Source of the DNA: Bacilli bacterium
GTDB lineage: Bacteria > Bacillota_I > Bacilli_A > ML615J-28 > CAG-313
DNA length: 64,000 nucleotides
Reading direction: 5' to 3'
Assembly (NCBI GenBank): GCA_900770645.1
Contig: CAAGKY010000102.1
Location: 1,053-65,052, forward strand
Below are positions 1 through 11,626 of this stretch, in pieces. A program made the position numbers and the translations under genes. Below the pieces are notes generated by a model, which did no database searches, had not been told where the DNA came from, and saw only the letters and a list, made by a program, of their open reading frames with translations. Position 1 is the first letter of the stretch, and each line of letters opens with the position of its first letter.

Positions 1-1
1 T

Positions 2-289
2 CAATGTCTAAATGACGATGATTTTTCTTGGAGTCCATATGATACAGTATTTAGTCCAAGCTATTTACATTTAGATGCTATAACAACGGACTTTGAACTA
101 GGTATTGAACCTACTGGAAAACAAGTTCAATGGTTAACAAAAGCAAAATTAATGACTAAATCAATGACTAAACAGGAAGCTTGGAAAATTATGAATGACG
201 CTTTTAAAACTTTAGATTTATCTGCTTACGCTACTAAAAAATATATTAACAGTATTGAACAAGAAGTATTTGATTTAGATGTATATTAG
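2..289 (+). CDS. 3' end of an upstream ORF (C-terminal fragment), function unknown
   Basis: Frame is open from the window edge to TAG at 287-289 and lies immediately upstream of the next gene's RBS. Confidence 0.35.
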   Translation, partial: QCLNDDDFSWSPYDTVFSPSYLHLDAITTDFELGIEPTGKQVQWLTKAKLMTKSMTKQEAWKIMNDAFKTLDLSAYATKKYINSIEQEVFDLDVY

Positions 290-297
290 GAGGTAGA

Positions 298-780
298 ATG
301 TCACCAGAAATTATTTTATTTATTATATTACAAATAGTTAACGTAGTATTATCTACAATTAAATCTCTTATTTTAATTAAAGGTTATAAATGGGCCTCAA
401 TCATCGCAAATACAATTTATTTTGGTGTATATACGGCAGTATTAAAGCAATTAACTTTAATTGATAACATTTGGTTATTAATTATTATTACTATGGCCGC
501 TAATTTTTTAGGAACATGGGTAGGCATAGTAATTACTGATAAAGTTCGAAAAGCTGACTTATGGACGATTGCAACAGTAGTTAAGAAGGAATATATAAAA
601 GATTATAAACAAGCTTTAAATGAAGCTAAGATAAAATATATTTCATATCAAACAACTTGGGATGAATGCGCAGCAATAGATATTTTTTCAGAAAATAGGT
701 CACAGAGTAAGGCTATTAAAGAAATTTTACTTAGATTTAATGCAAAATATTCTATTCAGACGTCTCATAGAAATTTATAA
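298..780 (+). CDS. small membrane protein, about 3 TM helices in the N-terminal half, unknown function
   Basis: RBS AGGAGG 6 nt upstream of ATG. Hydrophobic N-terminus (IILFIILQIVNVVLSTI...). Followed by a terminator hairpin. Confidence 0.6.
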   Translation: MSPEIILFIILQIVNVVLSTIKSLILIKGYKWASIIANTIYFGVYTAVLKQLTLIDNIWLLIIITMAANFLGTWVGIVITDKVRKADLWTIATVVKKEYIKDYKQALNEAKIKYISYQTTWDECAAIDIFSENRSQSKAIKEILLRFNAKYSIQTSHRNL

Positions 781-790
781 TACTAGATTA

Positions 791-816
791 TTCTCCTTTT
801 TTAGGAGAATTTTTTA
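791..816 (+). terminator. rho-independent terminator
   Basis: Stem TTCTCCT/AGGAGAA followed by a T-run. Confidence 0.6.
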
Positions 817-898
817 TAAAAATTAAATTTTTGTAAAATTTTACCAATTATTTATCGTATTATATTATATAAATTATAAAAAAAGAAAGGAAGAAAAA

Positions 899-1183
899 AT
901 GAGAAGTAGTAAATATTTAGGAATGGTATTTGATAATTGTTGGACAGTCATTCGTGCAAGTAAGACTGATGCTACTCATACTAGATTTACACTAGTGCGT
1001 CCTACTAGTGACAATAAAGCGTATAAGCATATTACATTAATGGGAAATGAGCTAGCTAAAATCGCTAGAGGAGAAAGAACAGTAGAATCTTATTTAGATG
1101 GAAAGTTATTTCAAAAAAACAAATTAAAACGTAATATTTTTAGAAACAATATCTTTTATGTCTTTGAAAAAATAGGTGAGTAA
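899..1183 (+). CDS. hypothetical protein
   Basis: ORF with A-rich RBS. Its stop abuts the next start (TAAATATG). Confidence 0.5.
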   Translation: MRSSKYLGMVFDNCWTVIRASKTDATHTRFTLVRPTSDNKAYKHITLMGNELAKIARGERTVESYLDGKLFQKNKLKRNIFRNNIFYVFEKIGE

Positions 1184-1185
1184 AT

Positions 1186-1476
1186 ATGGCAAGTAGAATT
1201 TACAGTTATGCAGATAAAGTTGGAACTGTCTCGAATGTATTAAGAGCACATCGAGCAGAAATTCGTTCTATAGAAAAATTAGATGAAGCAAAGAGTTTTA
1301 CGATTAATGTATTAGCTTCAGAAGCAAAGATTAGTGGTACAACAGCTGTAAAGTATATTGATTGGATTAAAAACAATATTCATAACATTAATCACTTACA
1401 TAACTATGTTGATGCAGTAATTAGACGTGGTGAAGAGTATCCAACAGACTCATTAAGATATCAAAATTGGAATTAA
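1186..1476 (+). CDS. hypothetical protein
   Basis: Compact ORF directly after the preceding stop. Confidence 0.5.
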   Translation: MASRIYSYADKVGTVSNVLRAHRAEIRSIEKLDEAKSFTINVLASEAKISGTTAVKYIDWIKNNIHNINHLHNYVDAVIRRGEEYPTDSLRYQNWN

Positions 1477-1548
1477 TTTTAATTTAGTATTAAAATTTAC
1501 TTCAAAACGTTGTATAATATATCATATTAGTTTTATTTGGAGGTAATT

Positions 1549-1776
1549 ATGAATAATAAAAGATTTTCTTTAGAAGATTTACAGAATAAAGATGTTGAAA
1601 ATTGCTATGTTGCATTATTAAGTTATTTAAATAGTATTCCTCTTGGAAACGCTCGTGAGTGTGCTTCTGGTAAAGTGTGGGTAGAGCTAGTTGGAGTACT
1701 AGACATTGATGGCTTACCATTTGAAGTTACGATGAGTATTGAAGATTATGATAACATAAAAAAAATTACAAAATAA
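1549..1776 (+). CDS. hypothetical protein
   Basis: GGAGG RBS 6 nt upstream of ATG at 1549. The track start at 1537 lacks an RBS. Confidence 0.45.
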   Translation: MNNKRFSLEDLQNKDVENCYVALLSYLNSIPLGNARECASGKVWVELVGVLDIDGLPFEVTMSIEDYDNIKKITK

Positions 1777-1804
1777 TTAAAATTTATAATAAGAAGGTGA
1801 ATGT

Positions 1805-2182
1805 GTGAAGATAAGAGAAATGATAGAAAGATCAAAAAGTGTTCGTGAGATTAAGAAGATGAAGCCAATTTGCGGATTTGAAGATTATTTAATTAGTAAC
1901 TCTGGAAGAGTCTATAGCTTAAAGAGTAATAAGTTTTTAGCAATAGGTAATAACGCAACTGGTGGTTATTATTATGTAGATTTGTACAAAAATGGTAAAA
2001 AATATCGTAAACGAGTTCATGTAGCAGTTATGGAAGCTTATTCAAAAAAACCTGACTTATTTTATGAGATTGATCACATTGATGGAAATAAAGCTAATAA
2101 TAATTTAAATAATTTAGAATACGTAACGCACGCTGAAAATATTAGACGATATCATTTAAGAAAATGCGTAGTTAATTCTTAA
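1805..2182 (+). CDS. HNH homing-endonuclease-like protein with an N-terminal NUMOD4 module
   Basis: GTG start after GAAGGTGAA. Motifs FEDYLISNSGRVYS (NUMOD4-like) and IDHIDGNKANNNLNNLE...HAEN (HNH). Confidence 0.7.
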   Translation: MKIREMIERSKSVREIKKMKPICGFEDYLISNSGRVYSLKSNKFLAIGNNATGGYYYVDLYKNGKKYRKRVHVAVMEAYSKKPDLFYEIDHIDGNKANNNLNNLEYVTHAENIRRYHLRKCVVNS

Positions 2183-2191
2183 AGTAAACTG

Positions 2192-2220
2192 AGGTTGTAT
2201 TAATTTACAACCTTTTTATT
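2192..2220 (+). terminator. rho-independent terminator
   Basis: Stem AGGTTGT/ACAACCT followed by TTTTTATT. Confidence 0.5.
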
Positions 2221-2232
2221 GTATAATATTAT
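2219..2232 (+). promoter_or_regulatory. extended -10 promoter (TTGTATAATATTAT family)
   Basis: One of about 19 near-identical copies of TTGTATAATATTAT in the window. It sits upstream of the methyltransferase gene. Confidence 0.5.
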
Positions 2233-2254
2233 ATACGAACTAAAGAGGTAAAAT

Positions 2255-2833
2255 ATGTCAAAAAAATCTATTAACACATTAGGTGCAACAAATCATAGCA
2301 AAAAAGAACGAAGTAAACTAGATTATTATGGAACAGACCCAAGTGCAGTTAGAGCATTGTTAAAAGTTGAGCAATTTACTCATAATATTTGGGAACCTAC
2401 TGCTGGACATCATAATATAGTGAATGTATTAAAAGAATTCAATTACGAAGTCAGATCTACTGATATTTTTGATTATGGATTTAATGACGAGCTCATAGAT
2501 TTTTTAGCTATTTCAAGTTCTCTTAATCGTGATAAATTTGAAGACATTATAATGAATCCACCATACTATAACGCAGGACCGTTCGTTCAAAAAGCTTTAG
2601 ATTTAGTACAGCCTGGCAGAAAAGTTGCAGCATTTTTACGACTATTGTTTTTAGAAGGTCAAGGAAGATACGAAAATATTTTTAGAGATAATCCTCCTAA
2701 AACTATTTATATATTTAGTAAACGTCAAGTATGTTCAAAAGTAGATGATTTTACTGAAGGTTCAGCTGTTGCATATTGCTGGATTATTTGGGAAAAAGGT
2801 TTTACTGGAGATCCAGTAATTAAATGGATATAA
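2255..2833 (+). CDS. small gamma-class N6-adenine methyltransferase-like protein (motif I then NPPY)
   Basis: WEPTAGHHN (motif I, EPxxGxG-like) precedes IIMNPPYY (motif IV). Only 192 aa, so there is no obvious target-recognition domain. Confidence 0.55.
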   Translation: MSKKSINTLGATNHSKKERSKLDYYGTDPSAVRALLKVEQFTHNIWEPTAGHHNIVNVLKEFNYEVRSTDIFDYGFNDELIDFLAISSSLNRDKFEDIIMNPPYYNAGPFVQKALDLVQPGRKVAAFLRLLFLEGQGRYENIFRDNPPKTIYIFSKRQVCSKVDDFTEGSAVAYCWIIWEKGFTGDPVIKWI

Positions 2834-2852
2834 AAATTTAGGAGGTTTATTT

Positions 2853-3305
2853 ATGAAAAGACAAGAATATGGAAAACCAGATGTAAATTTAAGCTGGATT
2901 ATTGCGGCCGATTCTTACGCCAAAGAAAAATTTAAAGTTACATTAGACACAGAAAAAGGTAAACTACAATTAGCAGATACTATTTTAATGCTATTAGAAC
3001 AAGGCAATGAGATTAGAATTGGAACAGATGGGTACTGTTTAGTTTTAGAGGCGAATATGGCAGAAGATGAATTTACTGATGCCTGTTATCAATATATAGA
3101 TGATCAACATTTTGTAGGAGAACTTACTAAAGATGGCTGTTATCCAGACTATTATCCAGAAGCAGTTAGTAATGCCATAAAAAATGTAATAGATATTATG
3201 GCGGATAATTTACCACAGTCGGTCTCTGAGGAGTTCGCTGAAGCTGAAAAAGAAATTTATAAACAATATTCAAATTATTTAAAAGAGGATGATGCTGATG
3301 AGTAA
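2853..3305 (+). CDS. hypothetical acidic protein
   Basis: GGAGG RBS; overlaps the next start. Confidence 0.5.
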   Translation: MKRQEYGKPDVNLSWIIAADSYAKEKFKVTLDTEKGKLQLADTILMLLEQGNEIRIGTDGYCLVLEANMAEDEFTDACYQYIDDQHFVGELTKDGCYPDYYPEAVSNAIKNVIDIMADNLPQSVSEEFAEAEKEIYKQYSNYLKEDDADE

Positions 3306-3900
3306 ATTTAGTGGAAAATGTGATTTATATGATCATGTGATGATGGAAAAAACTTATCCAGATCCAAAAAATCCTAACATTTTAATTAGTGATGAATTAG
3401 AATGTTTTGAAATATTCAAAAAGAAAACTGGTGGAATTTTACATCAATGTCATAAAGTTAAATTAGATGACTGGAATATTGATTATTGGATTAATTATTA
3501 TAATAATCCAGAACGTTTGTCAAAAGAAGCTCATACAACTATTAAAGAAGATAAACGCTGTAAAGATGGTAAAAAAGAAATTACTACCTATACTTATAAG
3601 TACTGGGGAAAAACTTATAACTCTTTAAAAGAACTAAATAATAATGGATTTTACGGAACTATTGAAATTAAATTTAATACATTATTAGATTTACTTCCAT
3701 ACTATCCATATATTGTTACAATGATGGCTTGTGATCAAGAACAAGAAACAATTTATATTTCTAATTCGTCTTATGTTGATTCATATGTAAAAGATGTTGT
3801 TAATTATTCCGAACCTAACTTTAGGATGATTGAAATATATCGAGAAGAGTTAAAAAAGCACTATGTAAAAGTAATTAATGAATATGGATTAATTGAATAG
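3289..3900 (+). CDS. hypothetical protein
   Basis: ORF overlapping the upstream stop (ATGATGCTGATGAGTAA). Confidence 0.5.
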   Translation: MMLMSKFSGKCDLYDHVMMEKTYPDPKNPNILISDELECFEIFKKKTGGILHQCHKVKLDDWNIDYWINYYNNPERLSKEAHTTIKEDKRCKDGKKEITTYTYKYWGKTYNSLKELNNNGFYGTIEIKFNTLLDLLPYYPYIVTMMACDQEQETIYISNSSYVDSYVKDVVNYSEPNFRMIEIYREELKKHYVKVINEYGLIE

Positions 3901-3911
3901 GAGTGAATTGA

Positions 3912-4157
3912 GTGATAGATTTTGTTGCAAATATAGAATATGTAAATAGAAAACAAGAAATAATTGAAAAAACAATTTCTGTACTAAAAGATTTAGAAGA
4001 TTATAAACTAATTAGTGCGCCAGAAAATGTAGCTGAGATTAAAAAAGCTATTACTTCTTTAGATAATATTAAGATTAGTTTGAATAAATTAGAAGCTACT
4101 TTAACAGCACTATTTTATGAAGAAGCTGAGTTTATTTCATCTTGTTACTCAGAATAG
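3912..4157 (+). CDS. hypothetical protein
   Basis: GTG start after GGAGTGAA. Confidence 0.4.
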   Translation: MIDFVANIEYVNRKQEIIEKTISVLKDLEDYKLISAPENVAEIKKAITSLDNIKISLNKLEATLTALFYEEAEFISSCYSE

Positions 4158-4212
4158 TTTTGAATACTCGTTTAGTCTATAATTTACTGACTAGTACTGA
4201 GAACTAATTTAA

Positions 4213-4246
4213 ATAGCATCATATGAATTCGATGCTATTTTTTTAT
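4213..4246 (+). terminator. rho-independent terminator
   Basis: Stem ATAGCATC/GATGCTAT followed by a T-run. Confidence 0.55.
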
Positions 4247-4343
4247 TGTAAATAGTTAAAAATGAGATCTTTCTATAAATAAATTGGCTAAATTAAATGA
4301 TATTGTTGATAAGACATATAAAAATTCTTTAAGGAGGTTCTAA

Positions 4344-4679
4344 ATGAATAGACTAGAAGAACTATTACTAAAAATAGTCAATAAAGAGCCTATTGGAAAA
4401 TGAGGTTGTGAAAATAGATTAGAGCAATACTTGTTTTGCATTATTGCAAAAGGTACTCCTGAAGCGACTGAAGAGTATGAAAAAATAAGATCATTAGATG
4501 GAAAAGTAGAAATAAACGGATTAGAAGCTTATTTAGATCTTATTTACAATATGACTCCAAATGGAACTAGTGAAATTATTGGCGAAATTATCGCTGCTAG
4601 ACTTGAACAGGTTGACCCAGAACCTACTATAGAACCAGTTGAAGTTATTAGTGGTCGATTAGAAGAAATAAAAGAATAG
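4344..4679 (+). CDS. hypothetical protein; first gene with an in-frame TGA (read as Trp)
   Basis: AAGGAGG RBS before ATG at 4344. TGA at 4401-4403 is in frame. The track shows only the 4431.. fragment. Confidence 0.5.
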
Positions 4680-4689
4680 GAGAAAAATA

Positions 4690-4914
4690 ATGGCAACATA
4701 TAGACTATGATTAACTATTAAGGACAGTACTGGAAAGACTAAAGAGATTGACGGTGGTACTATTAATGTTGATCTTACAAAATTAACTGATTTAGAAGTT
4801 GATACTTTATCTGCTGTTTTAGACCCAATCTACGTTACAGATAAAGAAGTAGAAGAAGTTGTATCAAATGCTGACACTATTAAATACTCTGATTTTAAAT
4901 TAAAAGAAGAATAG
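4690..4914 (+). CDS. hypothetical small protein (one in-frame TGA)
   Basis: GGAGAAAAATAATG. TGA 7 codons after the ATG. Ends at TAG. Confidence 0.45.
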
Positions 4915-4929
4915 TAAGGAGACGTAATA

Positions 4930-7455
4930 ATGATAGATTTTAAAGATTTTAAGATAAAGCGTGGTCCTGCTAAAGATCTTCATAGTCCGAGACTTATCGT
5001 AGAAGAAGGATATTGATATCTAAGTACTGATTCTGCTGAGTTATTTATTGGTATTGTAGTAGATGGTATACCACAATTAAAACCAATTAATGATACTTTA
5101 TTTGAGGCTAAACTAGCAAATTATGCTACAGTAGATTTTGTAAGAGAGGCTTTAGAGAGTATCGATATTCCAGAAATTAGTGTAGACGATTTTGCGACAA
5201 AAGAAGAATTAAATAATAAGGCTGATACTAGTTATGTAGATGAAAAAGTAGCTAATATTGTTAGTTCTGAAGGACTTGCAACAGAAGAATGAGTAAAAAA
5301 ACAAAACTACTTAACTGAGCATATAGATATTTCTGGAAAACAAGATATTATTGATGATCTAGAAGAGCTTAGAATTGGTGCAGCTTTAGGTAAAACTGCT
5401 CTTCAAGAAATTCCTACTGATTATGCTAAGAAGGACGACTTATTTAATAAAGATTACAATGAGTTAATTAATAAGCCTGAAGGATTAGCGACAGAGTCTT
5501 TTGTATTAGAAAAAATAGCTGAAGCTGAAATTGGTGAGAAAGAAATAGATCTATCAGTTTATGCTAAAAAAGAAGATCTATTCAGTAAAGACTATTATGA
5601 CTTAGAAAATAGACCAGATATTCCAGAAGCTTACGATGACAAAGAAGTTCGTAATTTAATTGCGAATAAAGCTGAAAGTTCATATGTAGACGAAAAAATT
5701 TTAGAGATTAATAGTAAAATCGATACCTTAGAGTCACATGAGCCATACGATGACTCTGAGTTACGTGAACTACTCAACGGAAAGTCCGACAAAGATCATA
5801 AGCATGACGAATACATTCAAGATTTATCTCATTTAGCTACAAAAGAAGAGTTATCTAACTATATAACTGAAGATATTTTAAATTCTAAAGGTTATATTAC
5901 AGACGTATCTGAAAAGCAAGATATAATTGAAGATTTAAGTGAAATCAGAGCAAATGCAGAATTAGGTAAAACTGCCTTACAAGCTATTCCTGAAGAGTTT
6001 ATTACAGAATCTGAATTAGAAGCTAAAGGATATTTAACAGATCATCAAAGTTTAGATAATTATTATAATAAAACAGAAGTTGACAATTTAATTAATAGTA
6101 TAGAATTGACTCCTGGTCAAAATGGTATTGATGGAAAAGACGGAGAAAAAGGTGAACAAGGTGAAGCTGGTAAATCGGCTTATCAAATCTGATTAGATCT
6201 AGGAAATACTGGAACTGAGCAAAATTTTATTGATTCACTTAAAGGCGAACAGGGAATCCAAGGTATCCAAGGTGAACCTGGAGTTCAAGGAGAAAAAGGT
6301 GAACGTGGAGAGCAAGGTCTTCAGGGGCCACAAGGTGAATCTGGTAAAGACGGATTAACTACAGCAGTTAAAGTTGGAACAACTACTTATACTCACGAAA
6401 ATGGCGTTATTAATCTTCCTAATTTTGTTGATAGTGATTATGTGACAGAGTATGTAGGCTCTGAACTTGACGATAGAGTTACCACAATAGGTAGTCAAAT
6501 AGCTGCTAATTATGCTACTAAGACATATGTTGATGATGCTATTAATAATGCATTAACTCCAGATAACCTTCCAGATGTGTTACCTGATGTATTACCTGAA
6601 GTTATTCCTACTGCTGTAACTTTAAAAGATTTACAAATTGGCGAAACCTTTACTACAGACGTGACAGTTGGTAAGTTAGAAGCTGGTACAGAGATTAAAT
6701 CAGAAATGACTTTTGGCGAATTATTAAAAGCTGTTTTCGGAGTTAGATGTAATCATGATTGACAAGAAGCAACATGTACTGAACCTAAGACTTGTAAACT
6801 TTGTGGAACTACCGAAGGAGTAGCATTAGGACACAATCCGTTACCAGCGGTAGAAGAAAATAGAGTTGAACCAACAACTACTTCAGTAGGAAGCTATGAA
6901 TCAGTAGTTTACTGTAATAGATGTGATGAAGAACTAAGTCGTGAAACTATTGAAATTCCAATGTTAGCACCTGAAGAACCAGAAATTCCAGAAGGATTAA
7001 TTGGTGATATTATAACAAATAAACGTGAAATGTATGTAGTTAACCACGACGGTTCATTGGAAGCAATTCCGTTTGAAATAAACATTTTATCTGAAGAGCA
7101 AGCAGCACAAGAACCTAATAGATCTGGTTTTTACCAAGTAGTTACAAATGAAGGTAATACTTTAGAAGCTGGCTATCATGATTTATCAGTATTAAATCCA
7201 GAATGAGTTTATATGGTAGTACTTCCTAAAGAAGTAAAAGCAGAAAATATTAGTGTACAAACTTTCTCAGATGAAGATCAAATTTGAGAAGATAGTACAT
7301 TCGAACTTACCAATGATGTAGATATTGTTGCTGACATTTGTGATATTTATGAAATGGATATAAGTGCTATAAATCCAGAAACACACACTGTATGAGTATC
7401 AGTGACTGAGCAACTTTGTACAGGAAGTAAAATAAGATATATAATAACAGACTAA
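4930..7455 (+). CDS. tail fibre protein with a collagen-like G-X-Y domain
   Basis: Single frame of about 841 codons interrupted only by TGA. Contains GQNGIDGKDGEKGEQGEAGKSAYQIW(tga)LDLGNTGTEQNFIDSLKGEQGIQGIQGEPGVQGEKGERGEQGLQGPQGESGKDG. N-terminal motif (KRGPAKDLHSPRLIVEEGYW) is shared with the other fibre genes here. Confidence 0.8.
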
Positions 7456-7476
7456 TGTAAAGGAGCTAAATAATTT

Positions 7477-7902
7477 ATGGCGGTAATGAAAAAAGATCAA
7501 TTATTGTATATTGGGCGTGGTCCATTAGATTCTAGATCGCTAGTCACTAGATATGATGACCTTTTTAAGGATACTACATGAGTAAAAAGTGTAAAAGCAG
7601 ATGATGGCACTACTCAAAACATTTGTGTTGCACATAATGGTATGATTGTAGCTGTTTGACGTAATACTACTGATACCACTAAAAATGGTATTTATTTCTT
7701 ACACGATCCAAATGTAGTAAAAACAACAGTAGACCCAGACTATAAGAATGAAGCAAACTGACATCGCTTAGATAAAAATGATGGCAGTGACATTAGTGAA
7801 GTAATTTCAAGACTCGCAGCTCTTGAAGAAAGCTTTGAAGAACATGCAGAAAGTGCTCCGCAAATCACTAAGATTTGTGGAGGAACCGCTTTCGGTGAAT
7901 AG
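7477..7902 (+). CDS. small structural protein with the shared fibre N-terminal motif
   Basis: AAGGAG RBS. Three in-frame TGAs. N-terminus LLYIGRGPLDSRSLVTRYDDLFKDTTW matches the anchor motif. Confidence 0.5.
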
Positions 7903-7968
7903 TGGTTTTATTCTAGTAATTCTAGATAAAATATATAAAAAGATAAATTTATAAAGGAGAAAGACTAA

Positions 7969-9036
7969 ATGGCACAAACTATTAATACAATTATTGTGTT
8001 AAGAAATGACCAAACAACTAACTGAGAAATCTCCTCTTATGTTATGCTTAAAGGTGAAGTTGGTATTGGTTATTTAAAAAATGGTAATGTTATTGCTAAG
8101 TTAGGTAATGGTGTCGATACTTGGAAAGACCTTCCTCAAATCGAAGGTGTATTCGAAGACGACGTAACATTAACTTATAACTTTGGTAAATACACTATCG
8201 ATTCAACAGTTGGTTATGTAAACGCTGGTGGTAAGGGTATGACTACTTCAGAATGGCTAATTGATGCCTTATCAGTAATTCAAGACCCAAATATTACTCA
8301 ACCTGAATGTTCATTATCAGCTTCTTGCACTGGTTCTGGAGCAGAAATTGGTTCAAAAATTACTAAGATCAATTGGGACGGAAATACAACTTTTGGAGAA
8401 TACGAATACGGTCCAGAAACTGGTTTAAGCGAAGCTAATAGAACTTGAACAATTTCTAATAATATTAATGATTTAACTTCTGAAGACGAAGATGGAAGTT
8501 TTGTAGTTGATATTCAATTAGATCAAGAAGCTAGTAAAACATATGCAGTGATTACTGGTAAATGCGTTTTAGACGCTTCAGAAGCTGCTTATGCAAAAAA
8601 TAATGTTGGTGCAACAACTACTTTACGCGTAAGTGGTTTAGATATTACTAAGACCGCTAATGCTACTGCTACAGCTTATAGAAAACCTTTCTGAGGCGTT
8701 CTTACTCCTGAAAGCGTAATTGATGTTGAAAACTTAACAAGTGAAATTATTAGAGGATTACCACAAAGTGGAACTTCAACAAAAGGTTTACCAAAATCTA
8801 TTTCAGTTCCAGCAGGAACTCAAATGGTAATCTTTGCTGCAAAAGCTGGTGCTTATAGCTCATTAACTGCTACAGATGATAAAGCTATGAATGCAACAGT
8901 AGGATTTACAAAAGTAGCTGATGCAGTTCAAGTTAAAGGTGCTAATGACTTTACTGCAACAGCCTACGATATTTGGTATGTTGACTGGCAAGCTGGTATT
9001 GGTTCAGCTAAACAATTAACATTAAAATGGGCATAA
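7969..9036 (+). CDS. fibre or baseplate-like structural protein (shared N-terminal motif)
   Basis: AAGGAG RBS. TGAs at conserved W (RNDQTTNW-EISSYVMLKGEVGIGY...KLGNGVDTWKDLP). One frame through 8448 and 8700 to TAA at 9034. Confidence 0.6.
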
Positions 9037-9058
9037 TTAAGAAAGGGGACAAAAGATA

Positions 9059-11572
9059 ATGGCAAAAAATTATACAGAAATTCTTGCTTTAGCTAACAAG
9101 AATAACATAGGCTTATCTAATACTATTAAACGTGACTATGGTATTCCTCTAGATTATAGCTCTGTTCAAGAAAGTTATGAAAAAGCTTTAGAGTATGCAC
9201 AATCAAGTACACTTGCATACATTGGTCAACCAATTTCAGTTGGTGACGTTCTTTATGTAGTTACTACTCCAGAAAATGGATACTTAAAACAAGTTGGTGT
9301 TAAACCAGTTGGTGATGAAAAATCAATTGAAGTATCTGAAGAAGGTGTTGTATCTATTTATGGTTTTGAAGCTGCAGGCGACGCAACACTTCCTAGAAAG
9401 AATTCAGACGGTTCAATTTCTTGGATTACATTAGCTGATATTGCAGGTTCTACTGATACAAATACTAAAACAGTTGTTGCAGTTGCAGAAGATTCTGATA
9501 TTACTGTAAATTATTCTTACGATGAAGAAACTGATACTAGAACATATACATTAGATGTTCAATTCCCTGCAATTCCTGAGTATTCTGTTGAAAAAGTAGA
9601 AGGTGAAAATGAAGTTACTTACAAAGTAACAAAAGATGGTGTTCAAGTTGGTGAATCAATTGTAGTTCCTAACGCATTCGACCCATCTGAAATTTTAGAA
9701 TCAATTGAAACATTACAAGGTTACTTTACTGAAGGTGAAGCTAACGTTGCAGTTGAAGCTAAGGGGTATGTTGAAGGTGCAGCTATCGATTTAGAATTCA
9801 AACGTTTAGCTGGTTTAATTAGCGGTTTAGCTGGTGTAGACACAGATTTTACTAAAGAATTAGAAGAGTTAGAAAATAGCTTTAAAGCCTTCATGGAAGG
9901 AAACGGTGTAGAAGATGTTATCGATACATTAGCGGATATCAAAGCTGCAATTGAAGCATTACAAGCTCATGCTACTGCTTATGAAGCAAAAGTTGATCAA
10001 AATATTGAAGACATTACTGCTATTAAAGGACGTTTAGATGTAGTTGAAGCTATTGAACATCATGAACATGAGAACAAAGCTGAATTAGACAAAATCGTTG
10101 AAGGTGATGTTGAAAAATGGAATAGCTTATATAACTATGACGATTCAGAAGTTAGGGGATTAATTGAACCAAAAGCAGACAAATCTTACGTTGATGAAGA
10201 ATTAGCTAAGAAAGTTGATGTTGAAGGCTATGTTGCTTATTCTCAAGAAGAAAAAGAAAAATTAGCTGGTTTAGAAAACTATAACGATTCTGAATTATCT
10301 GGTCGTGTATCTATAGTTGAAGGATATTTTGCTGAAGGTATTGCAAATGACACTGCTAAATTAGGTGGACAATTACCTGAATATTATGCTTCTAAAGCAT
10401 CTGTTGAAGAAGCAATTGCAGGTGTTCATAACCATGAAAATAAAGATATTTTAGATGGTATTTCTACTGCAGATATTGAAAACTGAAATGCTGCTGAACA
10501 AAATGCTAAATCTCATTCTGATAGCAAACTTAGTGAAGCTGTTAAAGCTTTAGAAGGAAAAATTACTGCAGAAAAAGAAAGAGCTGAAGGTATTGAAGCT
10601 GATTTTGAATCTAGAATCGGTGTATTAGAAGCTAAAGAACCTACTAAAGTTGAAGCTTCTGAAGAAAATGGAAACATTTTAGTTGATGGTCAAGAAGTTA
10701 AAGTTTATGATGATGCAGAATTAGTTGCTAGATTAGAAGTTGTTGAAGGTAAACCATTTGACACTTATGCTGTTAAATCTGAAGTTGAAGAAGCTTTAGC
10801 TGGTAAAGTAGATAATGCTACGCTAGATAGCTACTATACTAAAGGTCAAACAGAAACTAAGATTTCTAAAATGATTTCTGACATCAACGGTGGTGAGTCT
10901 GCTGGTGAAGTATTAAGTCAATTAAATTCTTATAAGACTTTAAATGACGAAAGAGTTGCTGCAGTAGAAGCAAAAGATACTGAACAAGATGCAGCAATTA
11001 AAGCTAATGCTGATGCTATCGAAGTATTAAATGGTTCAGGTGAAGGTTCAGTTGCTAAACAAGTTGCTGAAGCTATCGCTGAAGTTGTTGCAGAAGCTCC
11101 TGAAGCATTTGACACATTAAAAGAAATTGCTGATTATATCGCTGGTGATAAAACAAATGCTGCTGAATTATTAAATAAAGTAAATGCTAATACTGAAGCT
11201 ATTGCTGCTGAAGTTACACGTGCTGGAGAAAAAGAAGTTGAATTAGCTGGTTTAATTAGTGGTTTAGATGCTGCATATAAAGCTGCAGATGAATTATTAA
11301 TTGCTGAAGACGCTAGATTAGCTGGATTAATTGGTGCAAATGCTGAAGCTATCGCTGTATTAAACGGTGATGCTGAAGGTTCAGTTAATAAGAAAATTGC
11401 TGATGCAATTGCTGCAGTTCCTGCTGCTACAGCTAATACTTTAGGTTTAGTTAAACCTGGTGAAACAATGTCTATTGATGCTGAAGGCACAATCAATGTT
11501 GCTAAAGTTTCAACTGATATGTTAGAACAAGGTCTACAAGAATTAGTTCTTAATGGAGGTTCAGCTAAGTAA
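9059..11572 (+). CDS. long fibrous Ala/Glu-rich structural protein (about 837 aa) with internal repeats
   Basis: Single frame across TGA at 10484. Repeated LAGLISGL and NG(S/D)(G/A)EGSV(A/N)K(Q/K)(V/I)A(E/D)AIA motifs. Predicted coiled coil. Confidence 0.65.
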
Positions 11573-11626
11573 TTAGCTGTTCCTACCTATAAATATAAAT
11601 AGAATATTATAGGAGAAAATAAATAT